Source of the DNA: Candidatus Krumholzibacteriia bacterium
GTDB taxonomy: Bacteria; Krumholzibacteriota; Krumholzibacteriia; Krumholzibacteriales; Krumholzibacteriaceae
NCBI GenBank assembly: GCA_963836185.1
Contig: CAWIIQ010000001.1
Span: 480,001-544,000 of the forward strand
Direction of reading: 5' to 3'
DNA: 64,000 nucleotides
Made by a program: the position numbers and the translations under genes. The first letter of the stretch is position 1. Every line of letters begins with the position of its first letter. The notes under the pieces are model-generated. The model did not search any database, was not told the origin of the DNA, and saw nothing but the letters and a program-made list of their open reading frames with translations. Shown piece by piece: positions 30,701-38,707 of this stretch.

Positions 30701-30941
30701 GTCGAAGAAGAAGCCGGGAGCGATCGAGTATATCGCCGCGGGGGAAATCGATCTCGTCATCAACATCCCCAAGAACAATGAGCGCGACGAACTGGACAAC
30801 GATTATCTCATCAGGCGCGCCGCGGTCGATTTCGACGTGCCGCTTATCACAAACCGCCAGCTTGCGAAACGGTTCGCCGAAGCCCTGAGCAGCGGAGCCG
30901 CGTCCAGGCTGAAGGCGAAGAGCTGGAAAGAGTATGTCTGA
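27741..30941 (+). CDS. carB: Carbamoyl-phosphate synthase large subunit
   Basis: [18 protein letters not shown], two ATP-grasp halves, C-terminal MGS domain. Start ATG at 27741 overlaps the carA stop. Confidence 0.97.
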   Translation: [1066 protein letters not shown]

Positions 30942-30951
30942 GGGTCGTCTG

Positions 30952-32370
30952 TCAGGCTTGCTTGAAATCCTCCTTGCGCAGGCCGTAACGCTTCATCTTG
31001 TCGAACAGGCCTCTCGGGTGTATGCCAGCCATCTTCGCCGCCTCTCCCACTCGCCCATGACTCGCTTTCAGAACTCTCTCGAAGTATGTGCGTTCGAGGT
31101 TCTCCATGACGAGCCGCTTGAGTTCTGGCAGCGGCCTGTCAAGCCATTCGTCCTCGAAGTTCTGTATCAGGCTTTCGAGTGACGATTCCGAAGCCTGCCC
31201 GGCCGCGATGACCTGAGGCAGGTCGGCAGGGACGATCTCGTTCCCGTGACATAGAATCACGGCCCTCTCGAGTACATTGATCAGTTCCCTCACATTTCCA
31301 GGCCATCCGTAACTACTCAGCGCATTAAGGACCTCTTTGGAGATGCCCGTGATGTCTTTTTTCATCCTTACGCTGAGAATGTCGATGTAGTGGGCCGCCA
31401 GGGCAGGGATATCCTCTTTTCTGTTCCTCAATGGCGGCACGGTAAGCGTGATTACGCTGAGCCTGTAGTAGAGATCCTTGCGGAACAGCCCCGTCCTGAT
31501 CTCATTTTCGATGTCACGGTTGGTTGCCGCTATGACTCTGGTGTCTACCCACATCGATTTTTCACTGCCCACCGGGCGTACCTCAAAATCCTGGAGAACG
31601 CGCAGCATCTTTGCCTGGAGGTGGATAGGAAGTTCCCCGATCTCATCGAGGAAGATCGTTCCCCCGTGAGCCATTTCGAACGCTCCGCGTCTCGAGCGCA
31701 CCGCCCCGGTGAAGGCTCCTTCCTCGTGTCCGAACAGTTCGCTTTCAAGCAGCTGCTCCGGGAGGGAGGTGCAGTTTACCGCGACAAACGGTCCGGCCGA
31801 ACGGGGCCCGTGTGAGTGGATGAACCTGGCGAGATGCTCCTTTCCTACGCCAGTTTCTCCCAGGGCCAGTATCGGGGCGCTGCTCGGGACGATCTTCAAG
31901 ACCAGGTCCATGAAGATCTGCATCTGGGGTGAGTTGGAAACGAATTCCGCGATCCTGGGATAAGTCGTCTGGTACTTGCCGGAAAGGGGTTTTTCTGTAA
32001 GCTGACGGCGCGATTCGATCGTTGTCTCTATAGCCTCGAGCATGGTCTTCAGCGGCAGACTCGAGTACAGGACCACATCGGCGCCCTGCGCGACCAGGTT
32101 TGCGTTCTCTTCCTGGGATCTGCTGTCATGGAGAATGATCGTCGTGGGATTTTCGGGCAGATCGTTCAGCATCGCAATCGATGATTCTATCGGATTCGGC
32201 ATCAGCGAGGAGCTGATTATCACTATATCGCCATTGGTACGTATCGCTTTCTGGAACGGATTCTTCAGGTGCCAGAAGCTTTCAACGGTCAAGTCATGCC
32301 CCGACAGGTGCTTCCGTATCTTCTTGTCGAGCTCTTCGGTCTTGACGGCGATTACTACTCTCAGCAGCAT
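30952..32370 (-). CDS. Sigma54-dependent transcriptional activator with degenerate receiver-like N-domain
   Basis: GETGVGKE, ESELFGHEEGAFTGA, FLDEIGE, WPGNVREL, C-terminal Fis-type HTH. Confidence 0.93.
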   Translation of the reverse strand: MLLRVVIAVKTEELDKKIRKHLSGHDLTVESFWHLKNPFQKAIRTNGDIVIISSSLMPNPIESSIAMLNDLPENPTTIILHDSRSQEENANLVAQGADVVLYSSLPLKTMLEAIETTIESRRQLTEKPLSGKYQTTYPRIAEFVSNSPQMQIFMDLVLKIVPSSAPILALGETGVGKEHLARFIHSHGPRSAGPFVAVNCTSLPEQLLESELFGHEEGAFTGAVRSRRGAFEMAHGGTIFLDEIGELPIHLQAKMLRVLQDFEVRPVGSEKSMWVDTRVIAATNRDIENEIRTGLFRKDLYYRLSVITLTVPPLRNRKEDIPALAAHYIDILSVRMKKDITGISKEVLNALSSYGWPGNVRELINVLERAVILCHGNEIVPADLPQVIAAGQASESSLESLIQNFEDEWLDRPLPELKRLVMENLERTYFERVLKASHGRVGEAAKMAGIHPRGLFDKMKRYGLRKEDFKQA

Positions 32371-32486
32371 TTCAGCTCCTTTCCATGAAATAATCAGTAT
32401 ATATATACCTGTTATCCAGGCCGGCCAATTACATCGTAATATCCTGTATTATACGTCCTTATATGCAATAAATCGTATTCATAAGC

Positions 32487-32505
32487 CATATCAGATTCTG
32501 ATATG
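32487..32505. promoter_or_regulatory. Perfect 9-bp palindrome, candidate upstream activator (enhancer) site
   Basis: CATATCAGA-T-TCTGATATG, about 150 nt upstream of the sigma54 promoter in an AT-rich intergenic region. Confidence 0.5.
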
Positions 32506-32656
32506 AAGATTAAGGAATGAATAACGGTAACATTATACATGAAAATAGAATTAAAAGGTATAAATATACAGATAATTGAGAATCACCCGGGCGGTTGATT
32601 TTGCATAACATCTTATCAATCAATAAGATAACGAGATGATACGTTTTCTTGGAAAA

Positions 32657-32671
32657 TGGCTTGTAATATGC
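32657..32671 (+). promoter_or_regulatory. Sigma54 (-24/-12) promoter
   Basis: TGGC-TTGTAATAT-GC gives GG-N10-GC spacing; divergent from a sigma54 activator gene. Confidence 0.65.
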
Positions 32672-32765
32672 GTATACCCCGAATCGATCGTACAATCCGC
32701 AAGATGGACCCGCGTTTCATATGCGGCGAGGCATTCAGAACGGAAAGGAACAGAGATAGACGGTT

Positions 32766-32984
32766 ATGGATAGCTTATCAAGAAGGCCTGATGATTCCGA
32801 TGATCTCGATTTCGGGGATGACTGGTCTGATGATGATTTCATCGATCCAGACGACATTCCACTGCTTCCCACCAAGGAACAGCGCGAACTGGACGAATAT
32901 CTCGAGAGAAAAGAGAAAAAGCGCAAGCTTAAGAAAAGGCGCAAGGAGAAACATGACAGACATCGCGATGGCTGGGATGACTGA
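32766..32984 (+). CDS. Small bipolar protein (Asp-rich N-half, Lys/Arg-rich C-half), 72 aa
   Basis: First ORF after the sigma54 promoter; 14 Asp in the first 30 residues, then RKEKKRKLKKRRKEK. RBS is weak. Confidence 0.55.
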   Translation: MDSLSRRPDDSDDLDFGDDWSDDDFIDPDDIPLLPTKEQRELDEYLERKEKKRKLKKRRKEKHDRHRDGWDD

Positions 32985-33051
32985 AGCAACGGATGTCCGG
33001 GATTCAGTCTCTGAGCCTCTTTCGTACATCGTGAAAGGAAATATCGATCCG

Positions 33052-33450
33052 ATGAAAAACGATGAAACCTGGTTCGGGCAGGGCCGGGAGGCCCCGGCCG
33101 ATGTCTGGGGCCTCGCGTCCAGCATAGACATCTACGGATGTGATCCGGATGCTATCAGGGACGCTGACCTGATAAGGAGATTTACCGCCGAGTTGTGTGA
33201 TCTCATCGAGATGAAGCGGTTCGGCGAGACACAGGTAGTCCACTTTGGTGAGGATGAGAAGGTCGCGGGGTACTCGATGGTCCAGCTGATAGAGACGTCG
33301 CTGATCTCAGCTCATTTCGCCAACCAGTCGAATGCCGTATATCTCGACGTGTTCAGCTGTAAATCCTACGACCCCGATACGGTGCGGGAGTTCGCGCGTA
33401 AATATTTCGGCGGGCAGCATACCATCATGAATGTCAACTACAGGCGCTAG
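33052..33450 (+). CDS. speD: S-adenosylmethionine decarboxylase-like pyruvoyl proenzyme
   Basis: IDIYGCD...L...IEMKR...HFG...GYSMVQLIETSLISAHF...YLDVFSCK. ATG at 33052 follows an AAAGGA RBS. Confidence 0.8.
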   Translation: MKNDETWFGQGREAPADVWGLASSIDIYGCDPDAIRDADLIRRFTAELCDLIEMKRFGETQVVHFGEDEKVAGYSMVQLIETSLISAHFANQSNAVYLDVFSCKSYDPDTVREFARKYFGGQHTIMNVNYRR

Positions 33451-33453
33451 GAA

Positions 33454-34419
33454 ATGAATATACGCACGAGCTGCGATCTCGAAGAAGCCGGCAGGGTCTG
33501 GCGTGAACTCTGGCCTGCCGAGGATGTCTTCGATTGCTGGGAAGTACGTGAATGCTTCCAGAAGAGCTTCGGCCGCCCGATTCATTTTATTATTGCAGAG
33601 TCAAACGGCAGACCCGCCGGTTTCATCGGACTCAGCTGGATAGATGAGGAGGGTTACTACGGACAGTTCCCCGGTGAGACATGGAGGGGCAGGACATGGT
33701 TCGAGCAGAACCGGATCCCAGCCAGCTCCGACATCGTGAGAATGATGCTCTGGGACGCCGCGCCCGGCGACACGAAGCTTCGCTATCTCGTCGCCGATTC
33801 CGGCGGGCTGCTTCCAGGAAGCACAGTCGATGAGACCGGATATATTTTCCGTCCGCCGCAGTACGGTTACGATTTCGAAAGATACTGGAATGCGTATTCC
33901 GGCAAATCGCGGAAGAAGATCGGTCGGGAGATCGAAGCTCTGGGAGACCTCACATACTCGTATGACAGAGTTGATTCAGGGGACATCGAGTGGATGTTCG
34001 ATACGAACAAGGCGAATTTCGGGGCCGATTCATACTTCGAAGATCCACGGTTTCTCGATGGTTTTGAGTCACTGATCTCGCTTTTATCAGAAAAAGGCAT
34101 GCTGCGTGTCTCAAAGGTAAGTCTGAAGGGCAGGCGAGCCGCCGTTGACGTAGGAGCAGTATGCGGGGGACGGTATACAGTGCTGGCGGGGGCCACCGAC
34201 CCGGAACTGCGAGGGGTCGCGAAAGCGATCAACCTTTTTCATATTAAATGGGGATGCCGGTTGCGGGTCGATCAGATCGACTTTCTTTGCGGGGATTTTG
34301 GATGGAAGAGACGCTTTCACCTCGAGCCGCGTCCCTTATTCCTGTCGACAAAGGCCGTTTCCGGGGCAGCAGTCGTGACTTCGGAAAAGAGAAAGGTCGA
34401 AAGTGTCATCGCATGTTGA
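33454..34419 (+). CDS. GNAT-superfamily (CelD/BcsL-, Fem-like) acyltransferase
   Basis: YSGKSRKKIGREI helix; C-terminal GVAKAINL.H..W......IDFLCGDFGWKRRFHL. Confidence 0.7.
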   Translation: MNIRTSCDLEEAGRVWRELWPAEDVFDCWEVRECFQKSFGRPIHFIIAESNGRPAGFIGLSWIDEEGYYGQFPGETWRGRTWFEQNRIPASSDIVRMMLWDAAPGDTKLRYLVADSGGLLPGSTVDETGYIFRPPQYGYDFERYWNAYSGKSRKKIGREIEALGDLTYSYDRVDSGDIEWMFDTNKANFGADSYFEDPRFLDGFESLISLLSEKGMLRVSKVSLKGRRAAVDVGAVCGGRYTVLAGATDPELRGVAKAINLFHIKWGCRLRVDQIDFLCGDFGWKRRFHLEPRPLFLSTKAVSGAAVVTSEKRKVESVIAC

Positions 34420-35674
34420 TCCGGTGATCGTAGTCGGGACTACAGCTGACTATGTCGAGAGGATCGGCGAGAGGATGCCGGAGAGAACCATATTTCTTTC
34501 CGACCTCGATATATATGCGGATTCGTTACGTTCCATGCCCGCGAGAGTATACCAGGTCTTCTCATCGCTCCGCGATCCGGACGAGTCATTCTCCAGACTG
34601 CGGAGATTCATGGATGATAAGGGGCTCAGCCCCGGAGGCGTAGCGTGCTTTGACTGCGAATCTCTTCTTCTCGCCGCCGATATCGCGCGGAGATTATCTC
34701 TGCCTTTTCCCACATGGGAAGCCGTGATGAACACTCGCGACAAGCTCATCTCGAGGAGGCTGTGGCACGAGAATGGGATCAAGTGCCCCAGGGCAATAAC
34801 GGCGCGTGACGAGGATGACGTGAGAGCTTTCATAGAGATAATGGACCGTGCCGTTGTCCTGAAACCGGCCACGCTCAGCGGAAGCGAGCTGACTTTCGTA
34901 TGTGAAAGGCCCGAAGACGCAGTCGAAGCGTTTCGTGTGATAAGAGACGGTCTTCGCCGGAGAGTGACCGACAAGACACTCAACAGGGACCGCATAGTCG
35001 ACGAGAACATTGTCTTATGTGAGGAATATATAGATGGGCACGAATACAGCTGCGATTTTATCAGTGACAAACATGAGACAAAGATCATAAGGACGGCCCG
35101 AAAGTATCTGATGGAAGAGGGACCCGCCGGAACAGCGCAGGCGTATGAAGTGCCGGGGATGTCGCGTGAAAAAGCGGACGCGATCGATCTCGCCGGACGT
35201 GTATCAAGAGCCGCCAGGGTGCTGGGGCTGGAGCGCTGCCAGGGGATGGCTGATTTCATCATGAGGGCTGGAGCGCCGTATTTTCTGGAGATAACACCGA
35301 GGCCCGGGGGCGATTGCCTGCCGCAGATAATAGAGCATAGCTGCGGCATGGATATGCTCGGGACACATATCGATTTCTCGGCAGGAAGAAAACCGCGGAT
35401 AGTTCCTGAGAAAGACTGGAAACATACCGTTGGACTCAGGATCCACGCGAAGAGGCGGGGGCGCCTGTCGGCGATCCGTCTCTGGGCCGACCGAGTCCGG
35501 CAGGAGATCCTGGAGACAGGATGGTACAGGGAACCGGGAGACAGGATCGGATTGCCGCCTGAAGACTACAGGACATGGGTCATAGGCCATGTGATCTTCA
35601 GGCCGCTTCAAGGAGTGGCCGTATCCGATCAGATCGAGGATCTGATGGAAGCGGTCGAGATCAGGATAGAGTAA
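34403..35674 (+). CDS. ATP-grasp ligase (L-amino acid ligase-like)
   Basis: RDKL..R, VVLKP..LSGS, LCEEYIDGHEYSCD, FLEITPRPGGD. Confidence 0.85.
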   Translation: MSSHVDPVIVVGTTADYVERIGERMPERTIFLSDLDIYADSLRSMPARVYQVFSSLRDPDESFSRLRRFMDDKGLSPGGVACFDCESLLLAADIARRLSLPFPTWEAVMNTRDKLISRRLWHENGIKCPRAITARDEDDVRAFIEIMDRAVVLKPATLSGSELTFVCERPEDAVEAFRVIRDGLRRRVTDKTLNRDRIVDENIVLCEEYIDGHEYSCDFISDKHETKIIRTARKYLMEEGPAGTAQAYEVPGMSREKADAIDLAGRVSRAARVLGLERCQGMADFIMRAGAPYFLEITPRPGGDCLPQIIEHSCGMDMLGTHIDFSAGRKPRIVPEKDWKHTVGLRIHAKRRGRLSAIRLWADRVRQEILETGWYREPGDRIGLPPEDYRTWVIGHVIFRPLQGVAVSDQIEDLMEAVEIRIE

Positions 35675-35686
35675 GGGTATTCAGCG

Positions 35687-37015
35687 ATGGCGGAAGAAAA
35701 GAATATGCTCGAACGGGCGCGGCTGATCTTGAGGCAGGATGTCCCGCCGATGGATCAGGGGCGTATGGAAAGATTCGTGGGGTCGTGCGTTTCACAGGCG
35801 GATCTCTTTCTGGATCTGCGGGAAAAACACGGAGCGCCTCTTTACATCGTCGATCGCGGCGGACTGGTAAACGAGTTCGAAAGAATGCGGGAAGCGTTCA
35901 AAGTACTTCCGGGCGAGGTCGAAATATTCTATGCCCTGAAAAGCAACAGTATGCCCGAGATCTCGGATATCCTCGCCGGCGCCGGCGCCGGCCTCGATGT
36001 TTCGAGCGGAAAGGAACTGAGACTCGCGATAGAAGCGGGAGCGCGGTCGATAATATTCAGCGGACCGGGCAAGACGGATGACGAACTGGCCCTGGTGATC
36101 GATCATGCGGATCGTGTCACGCTGATGATAGACAGTTTCGGTGAGTTCGACCGGCTTGACCGGCTCACGCGGGAAAAAAGGAAAACGGTCAATGCAGGCG
36201 TACGGCTCACCGTGAATCCGACCGGTCTCTGGCGCAAGTTCGGGATCCCGCTCAAGGAGCTGGCCCGGTTTTTTGCCGGGGTTGACAGAAGCCCGTTCAT
36301 CCAGTTCGAGGGATTGCAGTTTCATACGAGCTGGAACCTTACCCCTGAAGCGCATATATCATTTATCGGTGAACTGGGCGCGGCTCTGAAATCCCTGCCC
36401 GATATGATCTCGAGGGAGATCAGCTTCATCGATCTTGGAGGGGGGTTCTGGCCCGAGCACGGCGAGTGGCTTCGCGCCGGCGGCACAGAACCCGGCAGGT
36501 TGCGTAACCTCCTGATGCCGGAAAGGCCCGACACCTCGTCCAGATACATCCTGGAGAGCGCGGATATCAGTGAGTTTGCCGTAGGGATCGCGTCAGCGCT
36601 GGATAAGTCGCTTCCATCGTCGATTAACTGCCGATTCTTCATCGAACCGGGGCGCTGGCTCTGCCATCAGAACATGCACATCCTTCTGACAGTCGTAGAT
36701 GTGAAGGCATCCGACATCGTGATAACAGATGCGGGCACTAATGCCATAGGGTGGGAAAGGTTCGAACACGACTATTTCCCCGTGATCAACCTGTCCGACC
36801 CGGATATCCGCGAGCATCCATGTCATGTCTTCGGATCGCTGTGCACTCCCCATGACGTATGGGGTTATTCGTATTTCGGCAGGGGGATCAGCAGGGGCGA
36901 TGTGCTTCTTATACCCTCGCAGGGAGCCTATACGTACAGCCTCAGGCAGGAATTCATCAAGCCTCTCCCCGCTAAAGTCGTCGTGCAGGGCCCGCTCGAT
37001 CTTCGCTGGTTGTGA
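35687..37015 (+). CDS. PLP-dependent group IV (diaminopimelate/ornithine-type) decarboxylase
   Basis: FYALKSN (PLP Lys), DVSSG.EL, FSGPGK, DLGGG, EPGR, GSLCTPHD, GAYT. Confidence 0.88.
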   Translation: MAEEKNMLERARLILRQDVPPMDQGRMERFVGSCVSQADLFLDLREKHGAPLYIVDRGGLVNEFERMREAFKVLPGEVEIFYALKSNSMPEISDILAGAGAGLDVSSGKELRLAIEAGARSIIFSGPGKTDDELALVIDHADRVTLMIDSFGEFDRLDRLTREKRKTVNAGVRLTVNPTGLWRKFGIPLKELARFFAGVDRSPFIQFEGLQFHTSWNLTPEAHISFIGELGAALKSLPDMISREISFIDLGGGFWPEHGEWLRAGGTEPGRLRNLLMPERPDTSSRYILESADISEFAVGIASALDKSLPSSINCRFFIEPGRWLCHQNMHILLTVVDVKASDIVITDAGTNAIGWERFEHDYFPVINLSDPDIREHPCHVFGSLCTPHDVWGYSYFGRGISRGDVLLIPSQGAYTYSLRQEFIKPLPAKVVVQGPLDLRWL

Positions 37016-37078
37016 TAAATAGCGGTGCAGGACCCGCTCAGTGACGACCGGTATTTCGTTCAGGGCCCGCACGACTTT
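36981..37078 (+). repeat. Gene 3'-end segment plus two degenerate downstream echoes
   Basis: Gene: tcgtgcagggcccgctcgatctt (36981). Copies: gtgcaggacccgctc (37025, 14/15) and tcgttcagggcccgcacgacttt (37056, 19/23). Confidence 0.8.
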
Positions 37079-37160
37079 GACACGACAACTTTGAATATAC
37101 AGGCGCCCCTCAGTGTATGTAGAATGAATCCAATCTCGTACACACACAAAGGAGGGCGCC

Positions 37161-38033
37161 ATGTTATTTTTTATAGGAGCTGCGGTCCTGTTCTTCTTCC
37201 TGATAGGCATCAGGATAGTCAGGCCCACTCACAGGGGGCTCGTCGAGAGGCTCGGAAAGTACAACCGCTTCGCTCAGCCGGGATTCCACTGGGTATTTCC
37301 CCTGATCGAGCGGATGATCAGGATCAACGTCACCGAACAGATGGTCGACGCCCAGCCGCAGGAGATCATCACAAACGACAACCTCAACGCGCGAGTCGAC
37401 GCCCAGGTATACTTCAAGGTCAAGAATGACGAAGAGAGCGTGAAGAGCTCGCAGTACAACGTCAACGACTACCAGTACCAGATAGTCAACCTCGCTCGCA
37501 CGACGCTTCGTAACATCATCGGTACGCTGACCCTCAAGTCGGCGAACAGCGAGCGCGACAAGATCAACGGCGAGCTGCTCACAACGCTTGCCAACGAGAC
37601 GAAGAACTGGGGTATGGAGATAGTCAGGACCGAGCTCAAGGAGATCGATCCTCCGAAGGATGTACAGGAGACGATGAACAAGGTCGTCAAGGCGGAGAAC
37701 GAGAAGATCGCAGCGCTTGATTACGCCAACGCGGTGGAGCGCCAGGCGGACGGAACGAAGCGCTCCGAGATCAAGAAGGCCGAGGGCATCAGGCAGGCAC
37801 GGATCCTCGCGGCCGAAGGAGAGGCCGAAGCGATCAGGCTCGTCAACGAGGCAGCGAACAAGTATTTCATCGGAAACGCGCAGATCCTAAGGAAGCTCGA
37901 GACGGTGGAGAACGCGCTGAAGAACAACGCGAAGATAGTCGTCCCTGCTGACTCGGAGCTGGTCAACGTCATCGGCGAGCTCGGCGGCGTCGTGCCGGTC
38001 GGAAGGAAGGGTGGCGCGGAGACGGAGGCGTAG
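37161..38033 (+). CDS. SPFH/band-7 (stomatin-like) membrane protein
   Basis: N-terminal TM helix; GLVERLGKY, QEIITNDN, TTLRNIIG; coiled-coil AEGEAEAI. Confidence 0.93.
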   Translation: MLFFIGAAVLFFFLIGIRIVRPTHRGLVERLGKYNRFAQPGFHWVFPLIERMIRINVTEQMVDAQPQEIITNDNLNARVDAQVYFKVKNDEESVKSSQYNVNDYQYQIVNLARTTLRNIIGTLTLKSANSERDKINGELLTTLANETKNWGMEIVRTELKEIDPPKDVQETMNKVVKAENEKIAALDYANAVERQADGTKRSEIKKAEGIRQARILAAEGEAEAIRLVNEAANKYFIGNAQILRKLETVENALKNNAKIVVPADSELVNVIGELGGVVPVGRKGGAETEA

Positions 38034-38065
38034 GCGGCATTCCGCTGAAAAGAGACATCTATGAT

Positions 38066-38093
38066 AACGGGGGCGTTTTTCGCCCCCGTTTTT
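38066..38093 (+). terminator. Rho-independent terminator
   Basis: AACGGGGGCG-TTTTT-CGCCCCCGTT followed by TTT. Confidence 0.85.
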
Positions 38094-38178
38094 CATCTAC
38101 CCCGAGATATCCTCCGAATAACGTTGCAATCCGTTCAGACTGTGCTAAAAATATAGTACGTTCAGAAAGGATTGAAAC

Positions 38179-38679
38179 ATGATGACGGAAGAACACAATC
38201 ATTTCATCGAGACATGGGGCTCGATGGGGGTGCTCTGGGGGATCAACAGATCGATGGCGAGGATTCACGCATTCATCATGCTCTGCGAGGAGCCGGTCGA
38301 CCTCGAGACCGTATCCGAGGAGCTCAACATCAGCCGCGGCAACGCGAGCATGTCGCTAAAGGAGCTGAGGAACTGGGGAGTGATACACCGCGTCCATATC
38401 TCGGGCGACCGTCGCGACTTCTATATCGCCGAGCCTGACATCTGGAAGATGCTCTTCAGTATCGCGCGGGTCCGCAAGGAACGCGAATTCGATCCGGCCC
38501 TCGAGGCGCTTCGCGGCCTGCTATCCAACGCGGGGCTGGCGAAGGGGAGCGGAGTCTATACACGGATGAACGATCTGGAGAAATCGTGCAGCAAGTTTGA
38601 CAGGATCCTGATGAAGGCCCTTGGCAATGAGAAAAGGAGCAGGGTGATGCTCGACCTGCTTGCTGTCTACAAGGACTGA
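38179..38679 (+). CDS. GbsR/MarR family transcriptional regulator
   Basis: FIETWGSMGVLWGINRSMARIHA...LNISRGNASMSLKELRNWG...GDRRDFY. A TTCA-N8-TGAA box lies just upstream. Confidence 0.88.
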   Translation: MMTEEHNHFIETWGSMGVLWGINRSMARIHAFIMLCEEPVDLETVSEELNISRGNASMSLKELRNWGVIHRVHISGDRRDFYIAEPDIWKMLFSIARVRKEREFDPALEALRGLLSNAGLAKGSGVYTRMNDLEKSCSKFDRILMKALGNEKRSRVMLDLLAVYKD

Positions 38680-38707
38680 GAATCACCCTGCCGCCCCACC
38701 GTATCTA

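Noticed and set aside
34450-35349. Long antisense or alternate-frame ORFs (also 6924..8282, 5302..6369, 16952..17899, 24088..25071, 55223..56350)
   Set aside because: Shadow ORFs of well-supported genes in GC-rich DNA, with no recognisable motifs.
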